A DNA stretch of 64,000 nt from a virus (lineage: Duplodnaviria; Caudoviricetes), in the IMG/VR virus record IMGVR_UViG_637000272_000004, positions 1 to 64,000 of that record; one strand, written 5' to 3'. The notes beneath the pieces are model-generated. The model saw only the letters and a program-made list of their open reading frames with translations, was not told the DNA's origin and made no database searches. This document shows, one piece after another, positions 11,372 to 23,431 of this stretch. Each line of letters begins with the position of its first letter. The first letter of the stretch is position 1. The translations under genes were made by a program, and so were the position numbers.

Positions 11372-12920
11372 CTTTCAACACCCCAAGTTCTTTCAGGTAT
11401 GCATTGATTTCTTGTTCGATTTCTGCGATTTCTTTGTCGATATTTTTCAAATCTTGTTGGACTTGATCTAAATCAATCGGTGCTTCTTCTTCGAATGTAT
11501 CAACATATCGCGGTATGTTTAAGTTGTAATCGTTATCGGCAATCTCTTGTAGTGTCGCGCTGTAGCTATATTTATCAATTGTTTCTTTACGCTTATATGT
11601 GTTAATAATGCGTTCGACTTGGGCATCGCTTAAATGGTTTTGGTTTTTTCCTTTTTCAAAATCATTGGATGCATCGATAAATAGTACGTTGTCGTCTTGT
11701 TGGCGACATTTTTTAAATACTAAAATACATGTTGGAATACTTGTCCCATAGAAAATATTCGCTGGTAAGCCAATCACGGCTTCTAGGTAGTTCTTTTCTT
11801 CAATTAAATAACGACGAATCACGCCTTCTGAAGCACCACGGAATAATACACCATGTGGAAGTACGACTGCCATGGTACCTTCATCGTCTAGGTAATGTAC
11901 CATGTGTTGAATAAAGGCAAAGTCTGCTTTGGATTTTGGCGCAAGCTTGCCGTAACCACTAAATCGTTCATCATTTTCAAATTTTGAATCTGCTGTCCAT
12001 TTCGCACTGTATGGTGGGTTCGCAATAACCGCATCAAATGTATGACCTAAAAAGGCTGGATTTTCCAACGTGTCATCATTACGGATATCGAAGTTCTCAT
12101 AACGCACATCATGTAATAACATGTTCATGCGTGCTAAGTTGTATGTAGTATTGTTACGTTCTTGACCAAAATAACGATACACTTGTGTTTCTTTACCAAC
12201 ACGTAACAGTAATGAACCTGAACCACATGTTGGGTCATACACGTGACGTAATTTATCTTTACTGTCTGTAACAATCTTCGCCAGTATCTTAGATACTTGT
12301 TGTGGTGTATAGAACTCGCCTGCTTTTTTACCCGCTGTCGCCGCAAAGCGCCCGATAAGAAATTCGTATGCATCACCTAACATATCAATTTCCATATCAC
12401 TGTGAACAAATGGTAAATCGTCAAGGTTAACCATAACTTTGGAAATTAACGCAGTACGTTCTTTGACATTGTTACCTAGTCGCGTTGAACTTAGGTCCAT
12501 ATCGCTGAACAGTCCGATAAAGTCATTTTCACTTTCTTCACCTAATGTTGATGTTTCAACTTTACGAATTGCTGTCGCCAGATGTTCGATATCAAAATCT
12601 TGCGTTTCAATTTCACGAATCATCGCGCTGAATAAATCTTGTGGCTCAATGAAGTAACCGACTTGATCAATTAATTCTGCTTTTAAATCTTCACGATATT
12701 CTTCATCTGCCCATGCTTCTTGATACGTGATGTCTTCACCCGACAAGGCATCTGCGTATTCTTGTTCGGCTTTTTCAGATAAGAAGCGATAGAAAATCAA
12801 GCCTAAAATGTAATTACGGAATTCACTCGCATCCATATTTCCTCTTAAATCATTCGCAATCGACCATAATTTTTTATGTAATTCAGCTTGTTGCTGACGT
12901 TGTTTTTCAGTAATAGACAT
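11364..12920 (-). CDS. hsdM: Type I R-M methyltransferase subunit (518 aa)
   Basis: YDPTCGSGSLL SAM-binding motif, NPPY catalytic motif, GEFYTP. Confidence 0.97.
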   Translation of the reverse strand: MSITEKQRQQQAELHKKLWSIANDLRGNMDASEFRNYILGLIFYRFLSEKAEQEYADALSGEDITYQEAWADEEYREDLKAELIDQVGYFIEPQDLFSAMIREIETQDFDIEHLATAIRKVETSTLGEESENDFIGLFSDMDLSSTRLGNNVKERTALISKVMVNLDDLPFVHSDMEIDMLGDAYEFLIGRFAATAGKKAGEFYTPQQVSKILAKIVTDSKDKLRHVYDPTCGSGSLLLRVGKETQVYRYFGQERNNTTYNLARMNMLLHDVRYENFDIRNDDTLENPAFLGHTFDAVIANPPYSAKWTADSKFENDERFSGYGKLAPKSKADFAFIQHMVHYLDDEGTMAVVLPHGVLFRGASEGVIRRYLIEEKNYLEAVIGLPANIFYGTSIPTCILVFKKCRQQDDNVLFIDASNDFEKGKNQNHLSDAQVERIINTYKRKETIDKYSYSATLQEIADNDYNLNIPRYVDTFEEEAPIDLDQVQQDLKNIDKEIAEIEQEINAYLKELGVLKDE

Positions 12921-13144
12921 GTGATTCCTCCGCCTTTGAATAAGTAATTTATCTCTTTGTGTAATAGATTTATTATAACATTTGGCTATGTTGCGATGGG
13001 GAGAATTTTAAGGTTGGTTGTGGAAATTTTGAGTTTTAGTGGCGCAATTGTTATTGAAAAATTTTATGGAAATGTTGTAGTTTTCAAATACTTTCAAAAT
13101 CATTTATATTCTCAATGATGTCAAAAAGTTGTTCATTCATACAT

Positions 13145-13197
13145 AAATAAAACCAATCAACAATTGAGTTGGTGAAAATCAATCATTGATTGGCTTT
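13145..13197 (-). terminator. Probable terminator of the spl operon
   Basis: AAAACCAATCAA...TTGATTGGCTTT imperfect inverted repeat with a T tail on the minus strand, 85 nt after the last spl gene. Confidence 0.5.
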
Positions 13198-13282
13198 GAT
13201 GCATATTAAATAATGCAATATATATTAATAAATGTTAGTTATAGTATATTTTGTCAGGATTGGGTGAATGTCTAAGTTTTAA

Positions 13283-14014
<732 letters not shown>

Positions 14015-14170
14015 CTAAGTATTCGTATATATATATGGTTAGGTTTTTGAAGTTTTATTTTTTAAAATCATTTCGAATAATTAGAATCACTGAGATATGA
14101 TTATAGTTAAGTTAATTATTAAGTTTATAAATTTAATCTAAGTTTGGAAAATGTTAGTGACCTATTTGTC

Positions 14171-14887
14171 TTATTTATCTGTGTTATCTGCGATGAATTT
14201 CTTGATTTCTGATGTGAAATAAACTAAATATGATTTTTTTGTTGCATCATTTTTGACATCGACAGCATATGCAATTGCAATTACTTCATGATTTGAATTA
14301 AACACTGGTGATCCCGAATTGCCTCCTTCAGCAAATGCATCTGATACTAATTTATCTCCATTAATTGATAGTACTGTTCCTGTTGATTGATACATATGAT
14401 GTTTATTTTTATATGGAGCTGGATACCCAACAATAGCAATTCTTTCATTCGCTTTAACTTCCGATGTCAGTGTTAGGATTTCAGTATTTTCACCGAACTT
14501 TTTATTTTTTGGATAAACTGAATCTTCTTCAACTTGAACAATAGCTAAATCTGCCGAGCCTGTATATGGGATAACTTTTTTGACTTTATAGTATCCGCCA
14601 GTATCATTTTCGCCATTCGGGTGGGCAAGAACTGTACTGCCTACTTGAACATCTTTCGCGACATGTCTATTGGTTAAAATGGTATTTTTACCTACTACAA
14701 AACCTGTACCTGCACCTACTCTTAATATGCCTTTGTATGGCGAAATACTAGTATTCGTTATCTTCGTCACGTTATGTTCGGCTTTGTCTGTTTGTTGAAT
14801 ACCCTCAACCACTGTTGTGCCGACACCAGTTATTGATGTTAAAATCGTCAATACCGCAATACTTTTGATGATTATATTTTTATTCAT
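14171..14887 (-). CDS. Divergent Spl-family serine protease (238 aa) in the splD/splE position
   Basis: Spl signal peptide and intact triad TNRH / ADLA / GNSGS, but the mature chain differs strongly from SplA-F as recalled. Confidence 0.85.
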   Translation of the reverse strand: MNKNIIIKSIAVLTILTSITGVGTTVVEGIQQTDKAEHNVTKITNTSISPYKGILRVGAGTGFVVGKNTILTNRHVAKDVQVGSTVLAHPNGENDTGGYYKVKKVIPYTGSADLAIVQVEEDSVYPKNKKFGENTEILTLTSEVKANERIAIVGYPAPYKNKHHMYQSTGTVLSINGDKLVSDAFAEGGNSGSPVFNSNHEVIAIAYAVDVKNDATKKSYLVYFTSEIKKFIADNTDK

Positions 14888-15011
14888 TTTTGTGCTCCTC
14901 TGTTTATTCATGATGCTTTTGATATAGACGTTTGTTTTTCATGATATATTCGACCGATGTTTTTCATTAAAATCATTGAACAACATGTTCTTGGTGTAAA
15001 TTTAAATATGT

Positions 15012-15743
<732 letters not shown>

Positions 15744-15788
15744 TTACAATTCGAGATATGTTGCAACGCTCGTTTAAAGTCAATTTGT

Positions 15789-16511
15789 TTATTTATCTAT
15801 GTTTTCTGCAATGAACCTTTTAATTTCTGGTGTAAAGTAGACTCCATATGCATTTCTGTTGTCATCATTTTTTACATCAGAAGCAAAATGAATACCTACT
15901 AATTCGTTGTTGCTGTTTAATACAGGTGATCCAGAGTTTCCACTTTCAGTATGCGCTGAATATACAATGCTGCTACCTTCTACTGACATCACAGGACCAG
16001 TTGACTCATGTAAAACATATTTATTTTTGTATGGGTGTGGATAACCGATCACTTTAATTCGGTCACCAGCTTTAGCCCCTGCTGCATATTTGAATGGCGT
16101 TACATTATCATTAAAATTAAATCCTTTTGGACCACGTTCTATTGCATGTTCTTCAACTTTAATGACTGATACATCTTCTTTACCTGGATAATTAATAATC
16201 TTTTTAATCGAATAAATACCACCATTACTTTTATCACTATTTGGATGTGCAGTAATACGATCACCCACTTTGTAATTTTTCGACACATGTTTATTTGTTA
16301 AAATAGTATTCTTTCCAACTACAAACCCAGTTGCACTATTAAAAGCAACTACACCTGTATATGGAAAAATATTAGTATCTTTAATTTTTGTGACATTATT
16401 TTCTGCTTTGGCAGTTTGTTGAACTTCCTCAACCAATGTTGTCCCAATACCTGCTACAGATGTTAAAATTGTTAAAGTTGCTAAACTCTTGATGACTACG
16501 TTTTTGTTCAT
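15789..16511 (-). CDS. splB: Serine protease SplB
   Basis: [36 protein letters not shown]. Confidence 0.93.
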   Translation of the reverse strand: MNKNVVIKSLATLTILTSVAGIGTTLVEEVQQTAKAENNVTKIKDTNIFPYTGVVAFNSATGFVVGKNTILTNKHVSKNYKVGDRITAHPNSDKSNGGIYSIKKIINYPGKEDVSVIKVEEHAIERGPKGFNFNDNVTPFKYAAGAKAGDRIKVIGYPHPYKNKYVLHESTGPVMSVEGSSIVYSAHTESGNSGSPVLNSNNELVGIHFASDVKNDDNRNAYGVYFTPEIKRFIAENIDK

Positions 16512-16635
16512 TTTAAGTTCCTCTTTTTTAATTATTTTGATATCTAGATACATAATTCAGTATATTTAGTTAATTATGTAACCGTTTTCTTAATCACTCT
16601 TTAAAAAATCAACTTCACGAATGAATTGATGATAC

Positions 16636-17343
16636 CTATTTTTCAATATTATTTTGAATAAATTCTTTTAATTGTGGTGTGAAATAGACACCGAAATTCT
16701 TTTCAGATTCATCTTTTCCACTACCTGCATATAAAATACCAATCAGTTCATTTTTAGAATTCAATACAGGTGATCCAGAGTTCCCTGGTTGCGCATACGC
16801 ATCAAATTCCATAATCGTTCCATTGATATGATTAATCGTTCCAGTTGATTCAAACATTTTATATTTTGTTTGTGCACCCTTTGGATAACCAATAACAGAA
16901 ATTCTATCTTTCGCTTTTGCTCCGTCTGCAAATTTTGTATAACTAACGTTCTTATTAAAATTCAAACCTTCTGTACTTGTTTCATGAACATGAACTATCG
17001 CAAGATCTTCTTTTCCGGGATATTCTACAATGTCTTTAACGTCGTAGTTTCCTCCGCCTTTACCTTTACTCGAATGATGTGCTGATACTCTATTTTTAAA
17101 AATATTATTACTTTTAGCGATATGTTTGTTAGTTACGATTGTATTTTTACCAACAACTACACCAGTACCACCCGCAAATGCTACCACTGAATTGTATGGC
17201 GCCTTAGTTGCATCGGTAATTTCTTTGACATTCTTTTCTGCTTTGGCAATTGAATGAGGCTAATCAGAAATATTTTCAGCGCAACCAAGAGATGTTAAAA
17301 TATCTAAAGCAGTTAAACCTTTAACCATTACATTTTTATTCAT
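16636..17343 (-). pseudogene. splA: Serine protease SplA with a nonsense codon in the signal peptide
   Basis: ATG at 17343 with AAGGAGG RBS; in-frame TAG at 17260-17262 (..[16 protein letters not shown]); the rest of the frame is intact. Confidence 0.92.
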
Positions 17344-17436
17344 ATTTTACCTCCTTTAAAATTTATTTTTATAGTTAATGTATCTATATACACATTTACT
17401 ATATACATTTTATATAAAAATATAATTAAATATTAA

Positions 17437-17452
17437 TTGACTACTTATTAAC
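17437..17452 (-). promoter_or_regulatory. SaeR box upstream of the spl operon
   Basis: GTTAA-taagta-GTCAA, 1 mismatch to GTTAA-N6-GTTAA. Confidence 0.65.
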
Positions 17453-18186
17453 ATTTTATTAAATTAATATACATGAATTGACTCATTTATTTAAATATGC
17501 TCAAAACTCAATATCACGCAATTAAAATTGACTTTTTAGGATTATTTTGGTCTTAAATATTAATTATTGAATTAAAATTGTAATATTTATTCGGAAATTA
17601 GGTGATTGAAAATATATGCCAGAATGGTGAACAATTCACATATTTATAATCTTTCACTTTATTATGTTTTGTGTTTAACAATATTATTAGCGATTAGTTC
17701 CCCTATTATTTATGACAATATGCAGTCAATCAATGAAACATGTATGTATGAGTATATTTGGAACTAGTAATGTATTGTTAATTATTGAAGATGATTGAAT
17801 TATGGATTTTTTTCGAGATATGTTATTTCGGGGATCAGATTTTGCGATTTTGACTTGGATAGAGTAGTTGCGATTTGTAAATACGTTTTTCAGGTTTGAT
17901 TCAATTTCGTTGTTAAGATAATATTGATTAGTTTCATTGACATGTTGATGCATGTCTTTTTTTGTTCTGATAAAGTATAAAATGTTTACTTAATATTACA
18001 CCTGATGATTCAAACATTATTTGAGACATTCTTTTCAAATTAATTATAAATTTTTACCTATAGACTAGTTTGATATTTATCTACATCTCAAAATTCTCAT
18101 CAACAATATTTCATTTCCAACATTTTTACTTTAATTTTTATAATTCAAAACAACAAAACGATGTTAAAAAATTATTCTATTTTTTA

Positions 18187-18202
18187 GTTAATAGATAGTT
18201 AA
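18187..18202 (+). promoter_or_regulatory. SaeR box upstream of the DUF4888 gene
   Basis: Perfect GTTAA-tagata-GTTAA, about 90 nt before the ATG. Confidence 0.75.
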
Positions 18203-18294
18203 TACATTTTTTTATTTTTAGTTAATTGTTATTTTAAAAAACATTATTATATTTGCATTGTAAACGTTCACAATAAAAAAAAGGAGCAATTAAA

Positions 18295-18873
18295 ATGAAT
18301 ACAAAATTTTTAGGTAAAACATTAGTAGCAAGTGCTTTAGTATTAACAACATTAGGAACAGGCTTACATTCTTCATACTTAGGATTAGATACAAATAAAG
18401 TTGTTAAAACAGCTAAAGCAGATAGTTTAACTGATGGTCAATTATGGCTAGGCGTTAAAAATCCTTTAATTGATGCACAAATTATTAGCGGAAATAAAGA
18501 TGAGGAAGTTAAAGTCAGCTATATACGTAATGATGGACAATCAAATAGTGTTACAGCGTATGGTAATAGTAATGATGATTTTTCAAGTACTCCAAGTAAT
18601 TTTTCTAAACTTAAAGAAATTGACTTGAAGAAAGAAAATGTACCAGGAAATGATTTTAATACTACTGTTAATGGAGATGAATGCTGGAATAAATTAACAT
18701 CAAAGTTAAAAGAAAAGGGTTTGCTTACAGATGGACAAAAAGTAACTATAAATTGTAATGATAAGTCTAACTCCACAACATCAACAGTATCTGGTAAGGT
18801 TGGTGAAGGAATCTCAAGTGGCAGTGGAACTGTTTTCACTAAACGCTTCATTGATAAAATCACAATTGAATAA
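18295..18873 (+). CDS. Secreted DUF4888 / Ear-like beta-grasp protein (192 aa)
   Basis: MNTKFLGKTLVASALVLTTLG..TAKA signal peptide, AAGGAG RBS, usual position between spl and bsa. Confidence 0.8.
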   Translation: MNTKFLGKTLVASALVLTTLGTGLHSSYLGLDTNKVVKTAKADSLTDGQLWLGVKNPLIDAQIISGNKDEEVKVSYIRNDGQSNSVTAYGNSNDDFSSTPSNFSKLKEIDLKKENVPGNDFNTTVNGDECWNKLTSKLKEKGLLTDGQKVTINCNDKSNSTTSTVSGKVGEGISSGSGTVFTKRFIDKITIE

Positions 18874-18983
18874 ACCTAAAACTCAAATTTCCTTAATTCA
18901 TAAAACATTAATAACTAACCCTTTCTTACAAACCACCTAGCCCATAATAAATTAAAACGTCATTTTTATTTCAAATAGCGGAA

Positions 18984-19095
18984 AATAAAAAAACCATTCC
19001 GCATTAACTTTGGCAAGTTGGAATGGTTAAAAAGATATTTTAGAAGCCAGCGTTTGGCTTGCTTAGACGACATGTTCGCGCATGTCGTCTTATTT
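18984..19095 (-). ncRNA. sprB: SprB-like small RNA
   Basis: Three hairpins in 110 nt: perfect AGACGACATG/CATGTCGTCT, AGCCA/TGGCT and the AACCATTCC/GGAATGGTT+T terminator. Name assigned from recalled sequence and location. Confidence 0.65.
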
Positions 19096-19346
19096 TTACA
19101 TTTATATAATAACACGCAATTCAATAAAATGTCTAATCAATAAACCTCAATTACATTCAAATTCAAAAACTTTGCACCTAATATTCATCGTTTAAATAAA
19201 CAATACGTTTAATTAACCAGACATTGTCAATCGCGTCTAATACCCCTGCTGTCCGAATACAAAATTATTTTGTATTCATATTTATCTGTTCTCTTTTCTC
19301 CCTTTTCAACTCAACTAAATTTCTTTTACCATTAGCGCCCCAATCT

Positions 19347-20045
19347 TTAATCTTTAATTGTTCTACCGCTCCATTTATTAAATCCTTTAAAGAGTAAAAC
19401 TGCTAATAGCAACGTGATAATAATATAGATCGCCAATGTTAATGTAACTGGTATACTCCCTTCGATAAACATATAAACGTAACGTGTAGCATATGTGATC
19501 GGTAAATAGAACCACGAATGATCTCCAAGCACTTCTAATCCAAAATAAACGTTAAAAATAAACATTAAAACTCCGACAACAATAGCCATTACATCTTTAA
19601 TGAAAATACTAAAAATAAAAAGTAGCAATAATATAATTACATTGAAAAACAATGATACGCCTATAAACATAAGTGTTATTTTCATATCATGTGAATGCCA
19701 CAATAAATTAATTGATGCTAATAGAATACATATGGCTGTAATAGTATAAGTAAAAATCATTGATGCATTTAACCAATTTAGCCTATTAGCTTTTCCTAAA
19801 ATATGATTAAAGTGACCAATATTTTCTTCAAAATTGATAACTTGATAGACGTTTATAGAAATTAATAGTGATGTAATTGCATTAAAACTCGCTGTAAACA
19901 AACTAATTTGTCGACCATTCCATTCATTCACGTTTAAATACCAATTAATAAATAATATAAATAGTATGATTACAATAATAGGTACAAATGTAAGTGCTTG
20001 CTTAGAAAATTTCAACTTACATGACTTTAATTCGTTAATTATCAT
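19347..20045 (-). CDS. bsaG: Lantibiotic immunity ABC permease (EpiG-like)
   Basis: Six-TM hydrophobic protein; ATGA overlap with bsaE. Confidence 0.88.
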   Translation of the reverse strand: MIINELKSCKLKFSKQALTFVPIIVIILFILFINWYLNVNEWNGRQISLFTASFNAITSLLISINVYQVINFEENIGHFNHILGKANRLNWLNASMIFTYTITAICILLASINLLWHSHDMKITLMFIGVSLFFNVIILLLLFIFSIFIKDVMAIVVGVLMFIFNVYFGLEVLGDHSWFYLPITYATRYVYMFIEGSIPVTLTLAIYIIITLLLAVLLFKGFNKWSGRTIKD

Positions 20046-20803
20046 TTTAATCGCCAACTTTTCTTATTATTTAAAAATGTTAATATTGCGAAAAGAATGA
20101 TGCTTATAATAATCGAAATATATAAGGCATTGAGATCATTAAAATATTTTGAGTTATGATTTACAACTAAACCATTAGGTAATATGCCAAGCGTTACAAG
20201 CAGGATTCTCTGCATGATCGCCCATGGCAACACCCAAAATAAACTTTTCAATGTTAAAAATATGACACAAATGACTGATAATACTAAGTTTATTAATATT
20301 GATACGAACACCCCAAAGTATCGTGTTAATAAAAAGTTGAGTGGTATCAATGGTAGAGATACAACATACATAAATAATATTGTCACCAATAACAACATAG
20401 CATTAACCGGATGCGGATTAATAATAAGATCACCTATATAAGCAATAATGTATACTAAAAAGCAATGTACCAAAAATGCTAATGATAAAATGAAAATCTT
20501 TGCTCTTATTTCTTTTGTAATTGACCAATTATTACTTAAGTAATAATTAAATGATTTATTTCTCATTTCAATTTTAAATAACGAATTACAAGCCATACAT
20601 AATACAATTGGAATGAATGCAATTGGCCAAATATTAAATAGTAATGTTATATATGGTGACACACTATTCGCTGTTCCTGAATTACTTTTGGCGAATAAAA
20701 CTGTGAAAATAGCAAAACAAAGAAATACCAGTGGACTTATTAATAAAACATACATACTGAAAGAATTTTTAAATTTGATACCTTCTATCTTTAAATGTAT
20801 CAT
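20042..20803 (-). CDS. bsaE: Lantibiotic immunity ABC permease (EpiE-like)
   Basis: Multi-TM protein, LPWAI motif, coupled to bsaF. Confidence 0.88.
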   Translation of the reverse strand: MIHLKIEGIKFKNSFSMYVLLISPLVFLCFAIFTVLFAKSNSGTANSVSPYITLLFNIWPIAFIPIVLCMACNSLFKIEMRNKSFNYYLSNNWSITKEIRAKIFILSLAFLVHCFLVYIIAYIGDLIINPHPVNAMLLLVTILFMYVVSLPLIPLNFLLTRYFGVFVSILINLVLSVICVIFLTLKSLFWVLPWAIMQRILLVTLGILPNGLVVNHNSKYFNDLNALYISIIISIILFAILTFLNNKKSWRLK

Positions 20804-21492
20804 TTGTAATCTCCTTTCGTTATTTTGAAGAATATGTCTTCTAAGTTTTCATCTTTGTTATTTCTTTGCTGGTATTTTAGCTCACCTTCATGAATAATAC
20901 CGATATGATCTGCTAAAACTTGGATTTCAGATAAAATGTGACTTGAGATAATGATACTAGTACCTTGTTCTGTTAATAATTTTAGAAGTTCTCTAAGTTC
21001 TTGTATTCCATATGGGTCTAAACCATTAGATGGTTCGTCTAATACTAAAATTTCTGGCTTTTTAATTAATGCCATTGCAATTCCAAGTCTTTGTTTCATA
21101 CCTAAAGAAAAGTCCTTAACCTTTTTCTTTTTATCGACATTTAAATTAACTAAACTTAAAACATTTTTAATTTCACTGAAATCTACACTTTCATTTAAAC
21201 ACACGATTTTCAAATTATCTTGTGCACTTAAATGGTTATACGTCGTCGGTGTTTCTATAAGTGAACCAACTTTGTGTAAATCATTGCGTTTCATCGGTTG
21301 ATTATCTAACAATATCTCTCCAGAATCTTGTTGAAGTATGCCACATATAATTTTCATAAGTGTCGTTTTACCGGCTCCATTAATACCAAGTAATCCATAA
21401 ACTTCGTTATTTTCTAAAGTGATATTAATGTGCTTTAATACATCTTGATTTTTAAACCGCTTCGAAATGTTTTCAGTAACTAATTTTGCCAT
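20800..21492 (-). CDS. bsaF: Lantibiotic immunity ABC ATPase (EpiF-like)
   Basis: GINGAGKTT, FSLGMKQR, LDEPSNGLD. Confidence 0.93.
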   Translation of the reverse strand: MAKLVTENISKRFKNQDVLKHINITLENNEVYGLLGINGAGKTTLMKIICGILQQDSGEILLDNQPMKRNDLHKVGSLIETPTTYNHLSAQDNLKIVCLNESVDFSEIKNVLSLVNLNVDKKKKVKDFSLGMKQRLGIAMALIKKPEILVLDEPSNGLDPYGIQELRELLKLLTEQGTSIIISSHILSEIQVLADHIGIIHEGELKYQQRNNKDENLEDIFFKITKGDYK

Positions 21493-21514
21493 AATCAAAA
21501 ACTCCTTTGATTTA

Positions 21515-22888
21515 TTAACTTGCTTTTTGATTTGTTACATTTAATGCTTTATTCACATCAATTTCACCATGTCCATATCTACTAAATGGTTTATTATTCT
21601 TAGATGTCCCATGCTGATATAACAATTCAATCGCTTTATCTGGATGTTTTTCAAGATGATATTTATCAATGATTAAAGCTAGCACTCCCGAAACTTTAGG
21701 TGTGGCTAATGAAGTTCCAGCTTGATAAATATATCTTCCGTTATTGGCAGTAGTTAAAATGTTCTCCTTATGCATATACCCTTCATTCATCCATTTATCC
21801 ACACCAAATTGATTTAAGTAAGCAAATGATCCTCCGGGCGCAACAATATCTGTATAATTCATACCAAAGTTGGAAAACTCAGATAGATTACTATTTTGAT
21901 CTGTTGATCCTACTGTAACGACATTGTCCATAGATGCAGGAACATCTTTCACTTCGCCATTACCTTGATATTCACGCTGTAAATTTATTTTCTGTTTGTC
22001 ATTGACATCAATACCATCATTACCAGCTGCAGCAACAACGATAGATTTTTTCTTCTTGGCGTAATTAATTGCTTTCTGTAACGCATCGTATTCTACTTTT
22101 TCATCTTTTCTAAAAGTTTGATGGTCATTTTTGTCCAAAACAGTATAACTACCAACACTAATATTGATGACTTGATTTCCATCATTTGCAGCTTGAACAA
22201 TCGCTTTTGATACCCAAAGCAGTTCTGTTTTTTTACTACCAAACACGCGATACATTGTAAATTTATTATTCGGTGCAACACCTATTAATCTACCATTAGC
22301 ACTCGTTTGACCCGACACCATCGTGCCATGTCCTTTTCTATCATTGACATCGCGAACATCACCTGTTTCTTCCGGTTCAGTCCCTCTAAAGCCGTTTAAA
22401 GGTACTAAATTTTTAGAATCAGTCGAGAAATTATTTTTCAAATCGTCATGGGTTTGCATCACACCTGTATCTATGATTGCTATTTTGGTGTTTGCATGTT
22501 TTGGCAAATCATCATACGATGCTCCATTTTTTGTTATTTTATTCATATCCCATTGTCTTGAAAATAATGACTCATTTGATGTTCTGTCTATTGTTTTCTC
22601 GCTAGTAATACAAGTTGAACATGTGGCATTGATATATTTAATATCATTTTTATAGTTTGCTAATGCATTAGCATGCGTTTTCGTCATTTTAATCTGTGCC
22701 ACATGTAATTCCGGTATATTATAGACAACGTTTAAGGCATTCTTTTTAACTAACTTGTTAAATGTTGCTGTATTTTTGTATTCAACACTGTAATATTGTT
22801 CTTCCGACGCTGATGCAGTACTCATTGTAAAAGAAATTAAAAGACTCAATATTATTAAATTATTAAGCACGCGCTTTATGGTTTTCAT
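21515..22888 (-). CDS. bsaP: Leader peptidase, subtilisin-like S8 (EpiP-like)
   Basis: IDTG / GHGT / GTSLA catalytic triad and a signal peptide. Confidence 0.93.
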   Translation of the reverse strand: MKTIKRVLNNLIILSLLISFTMSTASASEEQYYSVEYKNTATFNKLVKKNALNVVYNIPELHVAQIKMTKTHANALANYKNDIKYINATCSTCITSEKTIDRTSNESLFSRQWDMNKITKNGASYDDLPKHANTKIAIIDTGVMQTHDDLKNNFSTDSKNLVPLNGFRGTEPEETGDVRDVNDRKGHGTMVSGQTSANGRLIGVAPNNKFTMYRVFGSKKTELLWVSKAIVQAANDGNQVINISVGSYTVLDKNDHQTFRKDEKVEYDALQKAINYAKKKKSIVVAAAGNDGIDVNDKQKINLQREYQGNGEVKDVPASMDNVVTVGSTDQNSNLSEFSNFGMNYTDIVAPGGSFAYLNQFGVDKWMNEGYMHKENILTTANNGRYIYQAGTSLATPKVSGVLALIIDKYHLEKHPDKAIELLYQHGTSKNNKPFSRYGHGEIDVNKALNVTNQKAS

Positions 22889-22897
22889 CTTCTTATC

Positions 22898-23416
22898 TCA
22901 AATGAATTCCAGAACTTTATATGGTTCTGGTGCGACAACATTCTTTTTAAATGTTTTTGACGCTAATTCATAACTTTCTGAAATATTTACTGGATATATT
23001 GATACACCATAATCTTTTAATAATCGAATATTATTTTGAGTAACTGGATTTTCCCACATGCGTAAATTCATATTTGGAAATATTGAGAGTTTTTCAAAAG
23101 CTGTATGACAAATAGTTAGTAATAAATTGTCACATATACCATTTGCTATTTTATTAATTGTATTAGATGTCGCAGGTAAAATAATAATCTTGTCATGTTT
23201 ATTTGCTATATCAACATGATTTAAAAAAGGATTGTCAAATTCGTCATAATAGTTATCACAAAATTGTTTTAATATTTCACCGTTAATAAACTTTCTACCA
23301 TTCGTTGATGCAATTACATTTACTTCATCAAATTTTGATTTCAATTCAATAATATAATGGCTAATGTTGATACTATTTACTGAGCCACACAAACAAATCA
23401 ATACATTTTTTCCCAT
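22898..23416 (-). CDS. bsaD: Peptidyl-cysteine decarboxylase flavoprotein (EpiD-like)
   Basis: LCGSVNS, NHV, PATSNTINKIANGICD and PNMN HFCD motifs. Confidence 0.93.
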   Translation of the reverse strand: MGKNVLICLCGSVNSINISHYIIELKSKFDEVNVIASTNGRKFINGEILKQFCDNYYDEFDNPFLNHVDIANKHDKIIILPATSNTINKIANGICDNLLLTICHTAFEKLSIFPNMNLRMWENPVTQNNIRLLKDYGVSIYPVNISESYELASKTFKKNVVAPEPYKVLEFI

Positions 23417-23431
23417 AATATACGCCTCCAT

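Noticed and set aside
17726-17953. 75-aa minus-strand ORF
   Set aside because: No recognisable motif or clear RBS; may be a relic and cannot be supported
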